Source of the DNA: Balanoglossus misakiensis
Lineage: Eukaryota; Animalia; Hemichordata
Length of the DNA stretch: 64,000 nucleotides
Direction: 5' to 3'
Assembly: GCA_040954595.2 (NCBI GenBank)
Contig: CM082587.2
Span: 8,499,403 to 8,563,402, forward strand
Shown: one piece after another, positions 1 to 13,200 of the stretch
Layout of the letters: each line of letters opens with the position of its first letter
How positions within the stretch are numbered: the first letter of the stretch is position 1
Notes under the pieces: model-generated
Database searches by the model: none
The model's input: only the letters and a program-made list of their open reading frames with translations
Told to the model about the DNA's origin: nothing
Translations under genes and position numbers: made by a program

Positions 1-1
1 A

Positions 2-886
2 AATGCGGGGTTAGTTAAAGGCAGTCCCGGTGTGGCGCTGGGAGCATATGAAAACCAAGCCTTTGTGAGTTCGCCGTCATCATTTACAAAAAGTCTTCCG
101 AAAAGGTTTCAATTCAAAGAGAAAACAGATTCAGTGAATGGATCAAGGTCGTCAGGAGTTGTGTACTCTCAAGTTCAACACGGTGTCAGGAAGAATGGGG
201 GAAAGCCACCACCTTACCTTGAACTTGAAGATGAGTTGACCTCAGATCAGCCGCTGACCTCACCGAGGTTAGTGCGATCTGCGTCCTATGACAACATCAT
301 CGCTAAGATGTCTTTAAGTCCGGACGTCGTCGTGGCAACCGAGGGACCGCCACCGCTACCTGATTGGCTGCCAAACAGACGGTTGCCAGCGCCACCACCG
401 GGGACTGTTAACTTAGATTGTACACACAGTTACTTAGACATTGACATCCAGGGCGGCAAGGCTGCAGTCGGTTCTGCAGCAGCAACACAGAGACCAAGGA
501 AACACAAGTATGAACACATCGAGGGTGATTTCGAGTATGAAGTTATGCAGCGTAAAATGACCATGAGCCGATCGCAGTCAGATTCCAATCTCTTGGGTGA
601 CTCTATACTTCCCCCGCCCGTTCCGAACACGCCACGCCCTTCTCTGAAAACGCAACAGAGTCAAGACAGAAACAGTGGTGGTTCCACGGCCGACAGTGCA
701 GGATCCAGCCATGCTAAGGACAGGCCAGTGTCCGGCACCAGTGTTAGCAGCCAAGATGATCAGGCATCAGGTACAGCACCGGCCAGTTTGTCGAAAATAA
801 AATCTCCCCTTGGTATGAAAATTAAGACATCAAAGAAAACAAAGACATTTACCAAAAGAAATGAGGAAATTGAAATAGTTCTATAA
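2..886 (+). CDS. Terminal coding exon (5'-truncated by the window) of an unidentified gene; disordered tail rich in Tyr-based and Pro-rich docking motifs (receptor tail or adaptor)
   Basis: The frame is open from base 2 to TAA at 884-886. It is GC-richer than the AT-rich DNA that follows. Motifs: YENQ, VVYSQV, YLEL, YDNI, YLDI, YEHI, YEVM, PPPLP/RRLPAPPP/PPPVP; C-terminus EEIEIVL. Confidence 0.75.
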   Translation, partial: NAGLVKGSPGVALGAYENQAFVSSPSSFTKSLPKRFQFKEKTDSVNGSRSSGVVYSQVQHGVRKNGGKPPPYLELEDELTSDQPLTSPRLVRSASYDNIIAKMSLSPDVVVATEGPPPLPDWLPNRRLPAPPPGTVNLDCTHSYLDIDIQGGKAAVGSAAATQRPRKHKYEHIEGDFEYEVMQRKMTMSRSQSDSNLLGDSILPPPVPNTPRPSLKTQQSQDRNSGGSTADSAGSSHAKDRPVSGTSVSSQDDQASGTAPASLSKIKSPLGMKIKTSKKTKTFTKRNEEIEIVL

Positions 887-3477
887 AAATTGAAAAATGA
901 CTGTAAATATTATTGCACTAGATTTAAAATATTGTTTTTTATATTGATATATTGTAGTGTAAAAGCTACTTATTTTACTACATGTAAAACTTTAGGCATA
1001 ATGTTTGCATATCTGAAAAATACTGTAGTTCCAACATTCACAGGTCGACTCAAGAACAGACTGGTTATAGGTTTTGCTATACCATACATCTCAAGACTGT
1101 CACAGGAGAATACATAGGGTGTTACAGAGCAACACAATCTGTAACAAGCCAAGAAAATGTGTTTTATTATGTCTTTATAGTAAAGCAAAACATCTCTGTA
1201 TGAATCTCCTGTTATAGAAGTAGAATGCCGATACTCTCAGATACTGGATGTGAAAATTCCCCTAGATGCATATCTATTAATCAAAATATCTGCTGATAAA
1301 TGGCTGTCCCTACAACGTACTGAAATAGATTATCATGACATAATTGTATGCCAAACAATATATTTCAATCATCTACGTATCTGTTTACCTGTAAACATTT
1401 AATAAATGGACAATCTGACATTCATCCTTGTCAACTTTAGTCAATCACAGAAAGTATAAAGTATACTTGATAGATCAATTGCATAGAAATAGAATAGATA
1501 CATGTATATTGTATTGGGAATTTCATCATGTTTCAGGAAGTTGAACAAGAAACTGCTGTAGATACACAAAACGAAAAAATACTGAAAACAGAGAGAAAAT
1601 TTACAGCCAATGCTATGGGTTGTATTTTATTCTGACACTCTAAGAATGTATGTATGAGTAACAGGATTCAAATTATGTGTAAATGCTAACATTACACAGT
1701 TCTAAAAAGTTTTATGAAATATACACATTATTACAGATATAATGTGGTAGAGTTTGTATCAAATATATATTATTTTGTTATGCATGTAAGAAGTAAAACA
1801 AAATATACGTTAAACAGACTCTTAGCATCTGGATGTTGAAGACCTACATAGGCCTTCAAATTGCTCTGATGTTGAAAATTTTGAAAACAGCAACAACAAT
1901 AGTGTATTGTATTTTGTTAATGCTTTATATATTTATTTTAATATATACATTCTATAATTTTTGGATCAAATTTGCTTTACAGAAAATCATCATTGATAAT
2001 TACTTAGTCTCATGATTTGCATTTTGATTATGTCTAATATAAACAAGAATTAGACTGAAGACTAGTGAAAGTCACATGACTTGGCTGGTGGTAACCCATT
2101 GTTTCAAATGTGCAAGGGGATTCATATGAAAATACAGTAAAGTATGCATGAAGACATCAGCTCTGTCCAATGTGTAGAGCACTAATGTCGGAGTGTAGTT
2201 TGCCATATTTTCATGAGAACCTCATTATTACACATCTGACACCTTTGTCATGCCTTTCCTGCATTTTCATAAAGTTTTTCTGCCAATAATCACTTAGGTA
2301 CGGATAGGAAAGAGAGCATATTTCTTGCACTCGTAATACTATAGTTTTCCAATAGTGAAAATATCTGAACAGCTGTATCAGAAAATCAAGCACTGTGACA
2401 TAGTGTTTTCTCTATATCATTTATAAATACTTCTCTTTTCGCACCTTTTGTGAAAATTTCAAGAAAATGACAATATTGTAACTGTTTTCTCAAAATTCTA
2501 AATGTAAGGCTATGGAATGTGATAACCACTGCACATTGCAAACCTGCCACACTGCACTTTGTACATTTTGAGAACTTTCTGTTAAAAGTCTGTTTATCTT
2601 CCGATACTGGTATGATGAATTCATGCTTTCTTACACATATCAGACTCCATTTTGAATGCTGCAATACATGTAGTTAGTCTCAGTTGATCCACCTTCAGTT
2701 TTATAACTTCAATTTGGCATGTTTGTTTTTTCTTCTTATTGCATAAAGCAATACACATACAGATGCCTTTGTTTCTTGTTAATTCCATACTACATATTTT
2801 GGGTTTAATTAGCTCCAGAAGTTTTACATTAATGGGTTCGGAGTTATGTTTTAATTTTGCTGGAAAGGGCAGAAAGCTGACCACTTCTAATATTTGCAAT
2901 TAATCTTTTGTGACAAAGGCACTTTTTAAGTATGATTTCTATGCATTTTGAAAGTTTGTCACATGCAATGCAATTTTCTATTCAAACAGTATTTTCATTT
3001 TTGGACATTATACTTTTAACATTTTTCTTCTAGAAATTTTGGGTAATTTGTTATTACGGACTTTGAGATGAACGCATTGAGGTAAATATTGATAAACTGC
3101 TGTCTACATTACATTTCGTCTCTAAGATTGGTGTGTAAATTATGAGGGTATAAAGCAGCTGGGATATACTGTATAAAAACTGACTTTAAATTTGCAATAT
3201 ATATAACTTTCATAGAGCAACATTCATGATTCAATCACATTTGTGGTTGGATTTCTTGTAACTATGCTGTTGCGTTGTGGCTTTGATAATAAACTGTAAT
3301 ATAGGTATGGACAGATGGGCTTTGTGTAAGCAATGTTAGACTCCTGGTTGAGGGCAGCAGTGAAGTCGGGTACAATGTATGCAATCATTAAAATGATGCA
3401 TTATATATTGCAGTATCTTTCTGCATGAAATTATCATGTGTGATGTTACCTATTATCAAGCATGAAAAATCTCTACC

Positions 3478-3490
3478 AATAAATAAAAAG
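3478..3490 (+). terminator. Candidate polyadenylation signal of the first gene (overlapping AATAAA hexamers)
   Basis: aataaataaaaa lies about 2.6 kb after the stop, at the end of an AU-rich UTR-like tract. Confidence 0.35.
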
Positions 3491-3823
3491 CACGAGATTT
3501 ACAAATATTTCTCCTCTAATGTGTGATCATTGTGTGTATATTGTGAAGAGAACTGATGGATTATGTCACAAACATATAGTGGCCGAAATTACCATACCCA
3601 ACTTTTGGTTTCTATTTACTTTATACTGCCAAAATACTGTATTGTTGGAAACTAATGCCTTTGTCTACATCTTGATTGCAAATATTTTAAATCTAGTGCA
3701 TATATTTCAAACTTTTCGAGTCGGCCATCTTTGCCTGGAGATATTTTTCTATGGTATTTCCCCAGACCCTCTTTCTGGAGTGCCCAACAGAAGCAGGGGG
3801 GTCTGGGTAAACCGAGACTAAGT

Positions 3824-3928
3824 CATTCTAAGACTTAGATGCCCTTTGAACCATATGTGGGCATATGCAAATCCTTAATTTACATATGCCCATATATGGA
3901 TCAAAGGGAGCATCTAAATATTAGAATG
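3824..3928. repeat. ~105-bp imperfect inverted repeat (hairpin or MITE remnant)
   Basis: cattctaagacttagatgccctttgaaccatatgtgggcatatgcaaat pairs with atttacatatgcccatatatggatcaaagggagcatctaaatattagaatg. Confidence 0.8.
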
Positions 3929-4201
3929 GTTGTTTGGTGGTGCACTTTTGTTCAAGTAGCCACCCAATTAAAATCAATCATTGGCAGATAGATGCCCTCA
4001 TACACATACCAGTACCGGGACTTTGGTGTGCCATCCATGCAGACATACCTCTGCCATCCCAATGGCAAAGAAACACACATGTGACAAAGAATCTTCCTGA
4101 AATGGTTTAATGGTTGACAAAAACAGAAACCACCTGCTCTTTACAAACTTCAAAATTCCTTTGAACACTGGATTTCAACTTTTACAATTGATCTTTTAAA
4201 A

Positions 4202-4292
4202 ACCCTTTCACCACCAAAGCTTTGGTTGAACCCATTTCTTACCAGGGGTATGGGTGGGACCCTTACACAAGCACATGGGGGTGAAAGGGTAT
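4202..4292. mobile_element. Short MITE-like element with TIR AACCCTTTCACCACCA; related copy at ~11945-12037
   Basis: aaccctttcaccacca...tgggggtgaaagggtat. The second copy ends tggtggtgaaagggttaa. Confidence 0.55.
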
Positions 4293-7291
4293 AACCATAT
4301 ATAAAAACTTCTCTGAAACAATAACACTTTGTACAAGATATAATACTATCCAAGCAGAAAAATAATATCTGCAAATACATTCACATTTGATGTACCTTAT
4401 AAGTCAGGCCACATCCATTAATATTCGATTATTCCAGTGATCTAATTTTTCCGTCTGGTTAGTTCCTTTGAAGTTATTTAGGAATGAGAGTTGGTTGACC
4501 AGATGCTAAATACAAATTTCAGTTTACAAAGTACAGTAAAGGTACAACCTCCTTGTGGCTCTTAGGAGCTGTGGAGAATTAAAACATGTGCACAGTGAAC
4601 AGTAATCTCAGTAAAGGAGGACAGGGTTTTGCTGCACGTTGATTACCATGCTCAAATTCATACTAAACTTTAGTGGACATTTTCATTAATTTCAAGCAAG
4701 AGTTTACACGGTACAGACAAGTAACCCTTATAATTTTGTTAAGATCAGTAAATACCTTTGATGGGCATTTTCTTTCTATTTACTGCTTTTTTCCCCTTTA
4801 AGTTGGAACAACTATGTTTTTGTGGAGTCTGTGGGGTTGTCAGTATGTCAAAGTATTCTTCATCGCATTTTGGCATTTCCAAACTTGTTGGTCAAGCTTG
4901 GGAGGGAGAGGGTTTGAGGTCAAACCCAATTCATTGTGGTCACCGTGCATGTTTTAATTATCCACAACCCCTTACCAACATCAGACTAAATAGGTATCAG
5001 TTTTCACACTGTATTGTTCAACTGCGCAACAAGGAGACAATCCAACAATTTGAATACAACTGTATCCAATTACAATCCACTATTTCTGCACTACCAGTAG
5101 TCTTGAAGAATAGAAACATTCCAGAAGTTGAATGAACCACAGCACCCAAACAAAACTTGCGCAGGCCAACATAAAAATCGATGTCTTCTAATATGCATGC
5201 CTTCAAGATCTATCTGTATTTGTTTGTACCACAACCACAGGGACTTTGTCAGTGTGTGGTAGCACTACAAGCAAATAATACCTGCACAATTTTATTCGCG
5301 GGTAGAGTTATTTTACTTCCACTGTAAGTACTCGTCACAACTGATAGAGCGGGACAGAATAATAGGACTAGGTGATATAATCCACTAAGAATTCCTTGAT
5401 ACCAAAACATAATGCAAACCTACAATTAATCGACAGCATATAGCATGAACAGTATTTCACAGCTAAACTAAAAGTTGCACCATACTAATATGTTTTTTCA
5501 GCTGTTCTGTTGTATCAAAGAATTCTGAATTTATTCGTTCAGTGGTGTTTCCCTTTTGGATGCAGCGGTAGAAGTCACAATGGTACAAGACATTCAAACA
5601 GAAGTCAACAACACACAGGGATGTGTGTGAATTCAACAGTGCTCAATATTTGCCTAACAAATCGGCCAAATTTTGTTTATTTTTCACAAGTGTACACGAT
5701 TGTCAGATCACAGCCAATCAAAATGCCACTTTTCTTGTCTTTCTTTTCAATTCATTCAGTTACACTTTCACGTAACTCATTTTACTCTATATACAAGCAT
5801 TCTTCAAGAGTATTCATGCCTATACAGATTATATCATCAATCATCCAATCAAAAGCCATTTGACTAAACGATGCATGTACTCAGTCCATGAGAAGTAACA
5901 TGCACTTTGATTGGTCTTTTGCTTTTTTTTCCTGGAATAGAGTGAGTGTACATACAAATTTTGACAAGAGTGGTGTGAAAGATCTTATAGATGATAGGGT
6001 TGGAAAGTTGAAGTCATATGAGCTAAAACAAATAAAATTTCACACTTTTACAGAGAAGCTTAATAATTCTAGTTTTAAAAACCTGAACAGTCTTATCCTG
6101 AAAAGCGACTGGACTAAAAACCTGCAATGAACTGATGTTAACACATGTAATAGCTACCTGTTGATAGCAACTTTACTCTATGGTGGTCAAACTGCCACAA
6201 AAACCACCACTTTTTTCTAATTAACACGTAGCAAACTTCTTCAACATGAGGTAAAACAGTCCTACACTAACTTTTCAACATAAGTTTGCGCAAAATTTGA
6301 AAATTTCTAAATTCGCTTTGGCTAAAAATTTTAAAACTGTTTTCAAAAGTTTCAAACAACTTTTTTAATATTTTCTGTATAACTTTAAATCTAAAGAATT
6401 GTAACTCCATGCCAATACAATAGCATGGTTGAGTTGTTAAATAACCCTCAACAGATTTCTCAGATAAACATCTTTGTACTTGGTGCTGTTGGGTAATGTT
6501 CGTAAAATGACCACAATTTCTTCGCCAAGAAAGTTGAAATCTTGACACTGAGGGCGCTGTTACGGTGGCCACACTGCCTATGTTTTTTTGGACAAGGAGT
6601 TTCAATTCAAATTTTAATAGTACTGAAGTAAATGGGAACCAAACCACCAAAATTAAAGACGAAAAAAGAAGTCATACATTCTAATATTTGTAAAACCCAC
6701 TCCAATAAAAATAAAAACTGAAAAAAACACATCATAATGTTTTTGTCATGTCATTTTGGCACCCCATGATCAACCTGTCTTAATGCAATCATTTATGCTC
6801 TTTCTCTGTGATAGCAATTTTTTTCCCATGTAGAAAAATAAAGCTCTCAGTTAGCTTCCAATACAAAATAACTCTTTCCTGAAAAGTTTCTTTTGAAATA
6901 GACATAGATAGTGTGTTTCTACACACTCTTTGTTCAAGTAATCGCTAAAGGTTAGTACTAAGAGTACAATGTACAATGTGGTTAGTTGGTTTCTACTGAA
7001 CTTCGAACTGTACAGGGCAATCATGGGTTGCATTTACACACATGTGAACATGTTGTATGAACATGATTAAGAAAATTCACAATCTGCAAACAAGTTACAC
7101 TTTGTGGGACAACTAAAGTTTCTGCTTCAAAGCAGTTGAAAAAGAAAACAAATTCATAAAATCAAATCATATATATATGGTATCATAAATTGAAAATCTA
7201 TATGGTGAAACTATAAAGAGACCATCAGTGGATGTTAACTAAGTATCAACTAAATCAATGAAGGAGAAATTCTAAGTGCTAATGATGGAAA

Positions 7292-10200
7292 TCATGAATA
7301 CTGCTGCTGTTGTTGGTATATATCTGGTGCATAGGCCTGGTTGTAGCCATAGGGCGATGCGTTTGGTGGGGAAGTTTCAGGCCCAGAGTGCCCACCTGTT
7401 GAAATGAGCAGAAAATACAACCATACAACAAAAAGGACATTATTAAACACAGCAATTCAGATAGTGATTTTAAATCTCTGTAGACAGTACACACACATAA
7501 TATCATTATGCCACATGAGAATTTAAACATTTAACCGTAAAACCTTGATCATTCAAACAACATGAGTTAATAGACAAAAGGAAATTCTGATTATATCTGT
7601 CTGCACAGATGAAGATATTTTGATTTATTTCCCCTTCATGCACATTGGAGAGAAGAATTCATGGTGTATAATTCAATGTGTATTGACACGATACACATCA
7701 TTACAATTGTATCAACTGTTTGACTTTCATCAATGCTGTCAAAACCTCAATAACAACATCAGTGAGAATTACACCTTGAACCCAATGTATGACTTCTACA
7801 TGATGAAATGTGGTGAATAATGAAAAGCAATATGATCACCGGCAGCACAGCATGATGCAAGACAAAAATTACCCAAACTCAGCTTTTTCATCTCAAGAAC
7901 ATATTCAACAGTGTTTGACTTCTGTGTAATTGTTAACTTAGTATGATACAAGACTCGTGTGAAATCACTTCACACATATAAACACAGCATCAATTGTATT
8001 TGTAGATAGAGCAATGAAAATACACAACTGACATCAAACAATACTGAATACATCCTTAGAGCCCAAATCGTAAGCTGGGGTAATTTTCGCTGCAAATATC
8101 AAAAATATAACTTGATTTGAATTTGTAAACTACTCCTGATCATGTTCAACTCAATCTCACTTTGTTCAGTTAATAAGGTTGGCTAAAATATTCTATACCT
8201 TGGACACACCCAGAAATTACAAATACACACATAAAGCATGGATCAATTGAAGTGTCTTTAAACATATAGTCATACTGTTGTGTTGAATGAAAGTATAAGG
8301 AAAAGTGTTTTAAGACCCATGGATAACTTTCACGGCTGGTTTTCAAAGACCAATCTACCTCTACAACAGTGAACCCTCTAAGGAACAAAAATTTTAGAAG
8401 CTTTGAATCAATTTGAGGATTTCTAGAAATTTCTCTGAGTCAGCCCTATACCATGTAGTGTGCATAAATTTTTTGAGTCACCAGTGAGTTTGTTGGCTTA
8501 GAGGGCAAACTGCTCTGCCCATCCTGCCTGATATTCTGTTACTCTCACAAAAAAGAATAAAAAATTTGTGCTTATAGCCAACATCAGACTCAAAAGGAGA
8601 ACTGTGGTTGAGACCTGTCTATTTGATAATAATTGTCAGCAGATTATACATCTTCTCTGATGTTTCGAGATTTGAAACCCTTCACACATTCGCATTAGCC
8701 ATAGTTCAAACCTGTGTGCTTCATACAATCAGGATGCGCGGACTGGCCAGTACAGTTATTGCACGCTGACAAGATTGTAAATTTAACAGGCATGTGCTGT
8801 GTGGTGTACATGATCCAATGTTTGGATCATCCACTCAATAGCTAAGCTTTCTCCCTAAAAAGCTGGAATACAGGCTTGTGTTTTGCTTTACAGTGGCATG
8901 TGAGAACCAGGGATTAAGAACAATATCACTGGCAAGCAATTGGACATGTATTTTTCTTGTGAAGAATTCAAACGGTGTAAGAGTGGATAAAAAATTCAAC
9001 TCTCATTCTGTTGAGGGACAATTCAATATTTAAAGACACTTCAATTGAAGCATATTGATATATGTAGCCATGCATGCATTGTGCATGAGTAATGGTATTT
9101 TGACGATGAACCTACGCTTAGATACATAGGTTCACGTACCTATAGAATCTAAGGCTGTCACTGACCTTGCAGTACCTTGCCTGGAGCCATGACTGATGGT
9201 GCACTAGTTATTGGTACATAACCAGCGTATGGTGAAGGTTCAGTACTACGGCCACCACCACCATTAGCCATCACATAGCCTTGAGGTCCAGCCATTGGAC
9301 GGTCCTGGTAGGTGGTTGGTGTTGTGGCCATAGTAGTTACTGGTACCTCACCAACAGAACCTGTGAAAATAAAATACACATATACCCTCAACGTAATGAA
9401 TCACTAATGTTACATATATGACCAAAAAATTATTTGGTTTCTTTTCACCCAATTTACTGTCTTTTCCTGATCTCCGACACAGACTATGGTCGCCGCCATC
9501 TTGTCTGTTGTTAGGACAGCACACTGCCGTATGTCACTGACTGTGTGCAATTTTTGTAAAAAACCAGAGTCACTGGTTAATGGCACATGTGCATAAGACG
9601 ATCGTTGCCCTTTAATTGTATCGTGGTTTGGACAGTTGAGATACTAACCATCAAGTGGCACTCCTAACTGGATCAAGACATACTCGGCAGCAAAATTCTT
9701 CGCTTCATCAACAGTTGGGCACAGCTTATTGGGTTGGAAACTGTTTGGGAAATGTCCTGCTAAGGCTGGTACAGAAACCTGTTGATTAAAGCAAACCCAC
9801 CTCGATGTAACACACATGATACACACTAGCTGGTTGGTTGCAGAGTGCAAATACGCAAACAAACCAAACTGCGAGTGCAATATACAAGAGCAAGTTGACT
9901 GTTTCATTAATTTGGCATTATTAATATTATGATAGAAACTTCATCCACACGCTAGTTGCCAGTGACATTAGTATAATACAGATAGGAAAGTGTACAAATA
10001 GGGAAAAGTCTTAGAAAGTAGGAAAAGCAAATGCTGTCCACCATTTCAGATTGGTTAGTCACGTTCCTCAGTTGTTGGAAGCAAAGAGTGTTAGAAGTAG
10101 TGTTACCTTGTAAAGGAACAGTTGTACACTACTGTCAGGGGCTCTGGTAGAATGCAGAGTGTACACAGGAGTGCCCCAGTTGTTCTTGTTACAGATCTCT

Positions 10201-13200
10201 TCCAAGTACTAAGACAAGAGAGAATAGGCAAAGAAATGTAGAGAAGGAGAAAAAGAGGAACCATTCGTGTCTATAGGCACATATAACCAGCAGCGACTAA
10301 AACCACACTTACATGAAGATGTGAAGATGATGAGAGGGATGATGCAATGGCATGGGATTGACAACAGCGTGCCCTCTAAACCACTGACATTAATGCACAT
10401 AATAGATTTCATTTTGTTTGTAATTTCAAATTTGACAAACAGCTTGCTAAAAAAGGGTCCAAAATTGACACAAAAGAACCATTCATTGCCTGTATGTTTG
10501 AGGGCACACTGATGGCCAGTGTCATGTATCTACTTTGACCATTATTATTTCTTTATCATTTTTGAATAATGCATTTCATGCTAAATATTCATCAATTTCA
10601 AGTAAATGTTATCAATTCTTATTTGATTTGGGGATTGGAGTTACTGATTTTATCATTTTTATATGCCTGCGGCGAAAGGGATAGATGTCCATGGATACAA
10701 GAATAACTTGATTTAACAATGATTTGATGGTGATTAATGTGTTGGAGTTACTGCATCTCAACACAAACTATGATGGCAGAAAGCTATCGTGTTGTGCAAA
10801 GTCATACCAGCTCAGAATCACCAACCAGTCCACTTTTTTTAAACATTCAAGAATTTCTGAATTCTAAATCCAAAAGTAATTTAGTCTGATTGAAGAAGCA
10901 GATGAGCAATACAGTCCATTGTTTAAAAATAATTGGCATTTTGATAATTATTTAGATTACAATAAAAATGAACAAATTTTCTTTTCAGACCATCACAACC
11001 CTTTGACAACCACAGATAAGTGCAATTTGAATTTGAAATAAGAAATATGTTTTGATTCCTAACTGAGAAGTGAGGCAGGAAATGGAATGTGGGTGTGCCC
11101 AGACTTTGATGTAAGGAAGCTTTGTGTTTATGAGGATTCTCTGGAAATGATATGAATCCATTACGGAAAATTTCTTTGCTGGTAAGTAGGAGAAAAAGCA
11201 GCAAGTGATTATGAGAGTTAAATGAGAGCTAAATAAAATTCAGTGGTTGAGTTAGAAAACATATAGACAGAAATTGTGCATTGGGATGAATTCAAGACAC
11301 TGTGGTGGCACACATGATGTCTATACCTGGACTGGTGATTTGATACTGGAAGGTTTTAATGTCAGCGGGTTAGTTGGTGTCAATTCCATGCCAGGCATAA
11401 GATCATAAAGACGGGGCTACAGAAAAAAGGAAATAAAAGAGAAAAATAGACGCACAAAAAAAAATTAATACATTCCAAAGCAGCAAAAGCCCATAAAATA
11501 TAAAACTTAAGAATCAACTTCCCAGGAAGACAGATGGCACAAATAATAGGATCTTTACTTTAAAAGAAATTTACTGTGTAGGCAATTAATTTTGAAACCA
11601 GGTGTTTTCAAAATTACAAAGCGTACATTGTAGTGCTATGTATGAATCTGCCTATAGTTATCTAACTCAACCTATCAATGTGATATTCAATCTTACAGGA
11701 AGGTATGCACCAATAATTGTACATTTATGAAAATAAAAACATTTTATAAAAGTGAAAATATAGGGGTAACTGTATTGCCTTAAATATTACTTCTAATAAA
11801 TTTACATTTGATGCTGACAACTTCATGAATTACATGAAAATTCAAGTTATCAGTATTACCAACTGATACCAGTCTTACACTGGTCAAATTTCATTCACAA
11901 ATATACTCTAGGAAATGACTGAGAGGGATATACTTTAACAATTTAATCCCAAGTTCACCCCCAGTTTCATCTTCAGAGGTCCAACCACACCATAGAAAAC
12001 AATGGATTTGGACTGAACCATGGTGGTGAAAGGGTTAATGGTACACGATTGGTGGCATTCTACCCGGTAAGTTTGAAAGGTACTTAGAGCACCCACTACA
12101 CACATGTATGCATATAACATAAGGTGCACATGAATAAAAGGGTAGCACAGGAATGTGAATATTACCACTTACCTCTACTGGATTCTTCTTGTCAAAGTAT
12201 GATCTGCCAGTATATCCTCTTCCCATGTTATAACCCATGTATCCACGACCACCTGCACCTCTGGAACCAGCTGCACTGCGACCACGTCCTCGAATCATAC
12301 CCCTAACACCAAGATGGCCATGATTGGCAACTCTATATTACAAAAGCAGGCAAAAGACCCGGTCTAAACAATTCTAATCCCCTACATTTATATGTAGCCA
12401 CAAATTCTTGCTTTAATCCCCCACCCGGTCTCTTGAATTTTGAAACGTGAAGATGGCAGGAGATGACCAGTCTAAAGGCAGAATTGAGTTGACATACATG
12501 TAATTCTTTCAAATTTGTTTTAGGTTACTATTAATCAAAAATACCAATGATAATTTTAAATTAATGAGCATCTTTTCATCGAAAATTGGAAATTTTATTT
12601 TTTTCATTTATCAAATACTGGTACATTTGGTAATTTGTTTGAAATGTGTTGCTTTTGGCTCAAGATATCATTATGTCTGTAATTGTTTGCATCATGACAC
12701 AGTAAGAAGACTATATTGAAGTTGAACTTACTCTCCAAATCTAGTACTTCCAGCTGCTGTATACTGGCCATAGTAGCTTGGTGGTGGTGGGGCTGCAGCT
12801 GCATAGTTGGGATCAAATCCATAGGGTGGTGCATAACTTTGGGCAAAATTACCACGACCACCTCCTCTTGTATAACGTACGTAATTTTCTCTGTCAACTG
12901 GTTTGGCAAGAACAACCTCTATTGTGGATCCATCAATTGCTGCACCTGTCATTCAAGCATTAATGGTGTTTATAATCAATTAATATGTGTTTTCATGATA
13001 ATAAATTACCATTACAGCAATAACTATTGTAAGAGTTGGCATAACTTTTTGACTTTGTACAAGCTATGAGAAAAAGTAGTTTAATTATATAAAGATCTGG
13101 TTTTAAATTAGCAGTGCGGCTTTGCTCTTCTGGTCTAAGCTAATCTCAGATAACATTAACATGATCAATCTCCATGACCAGATATGTACAATAGTTTTGA

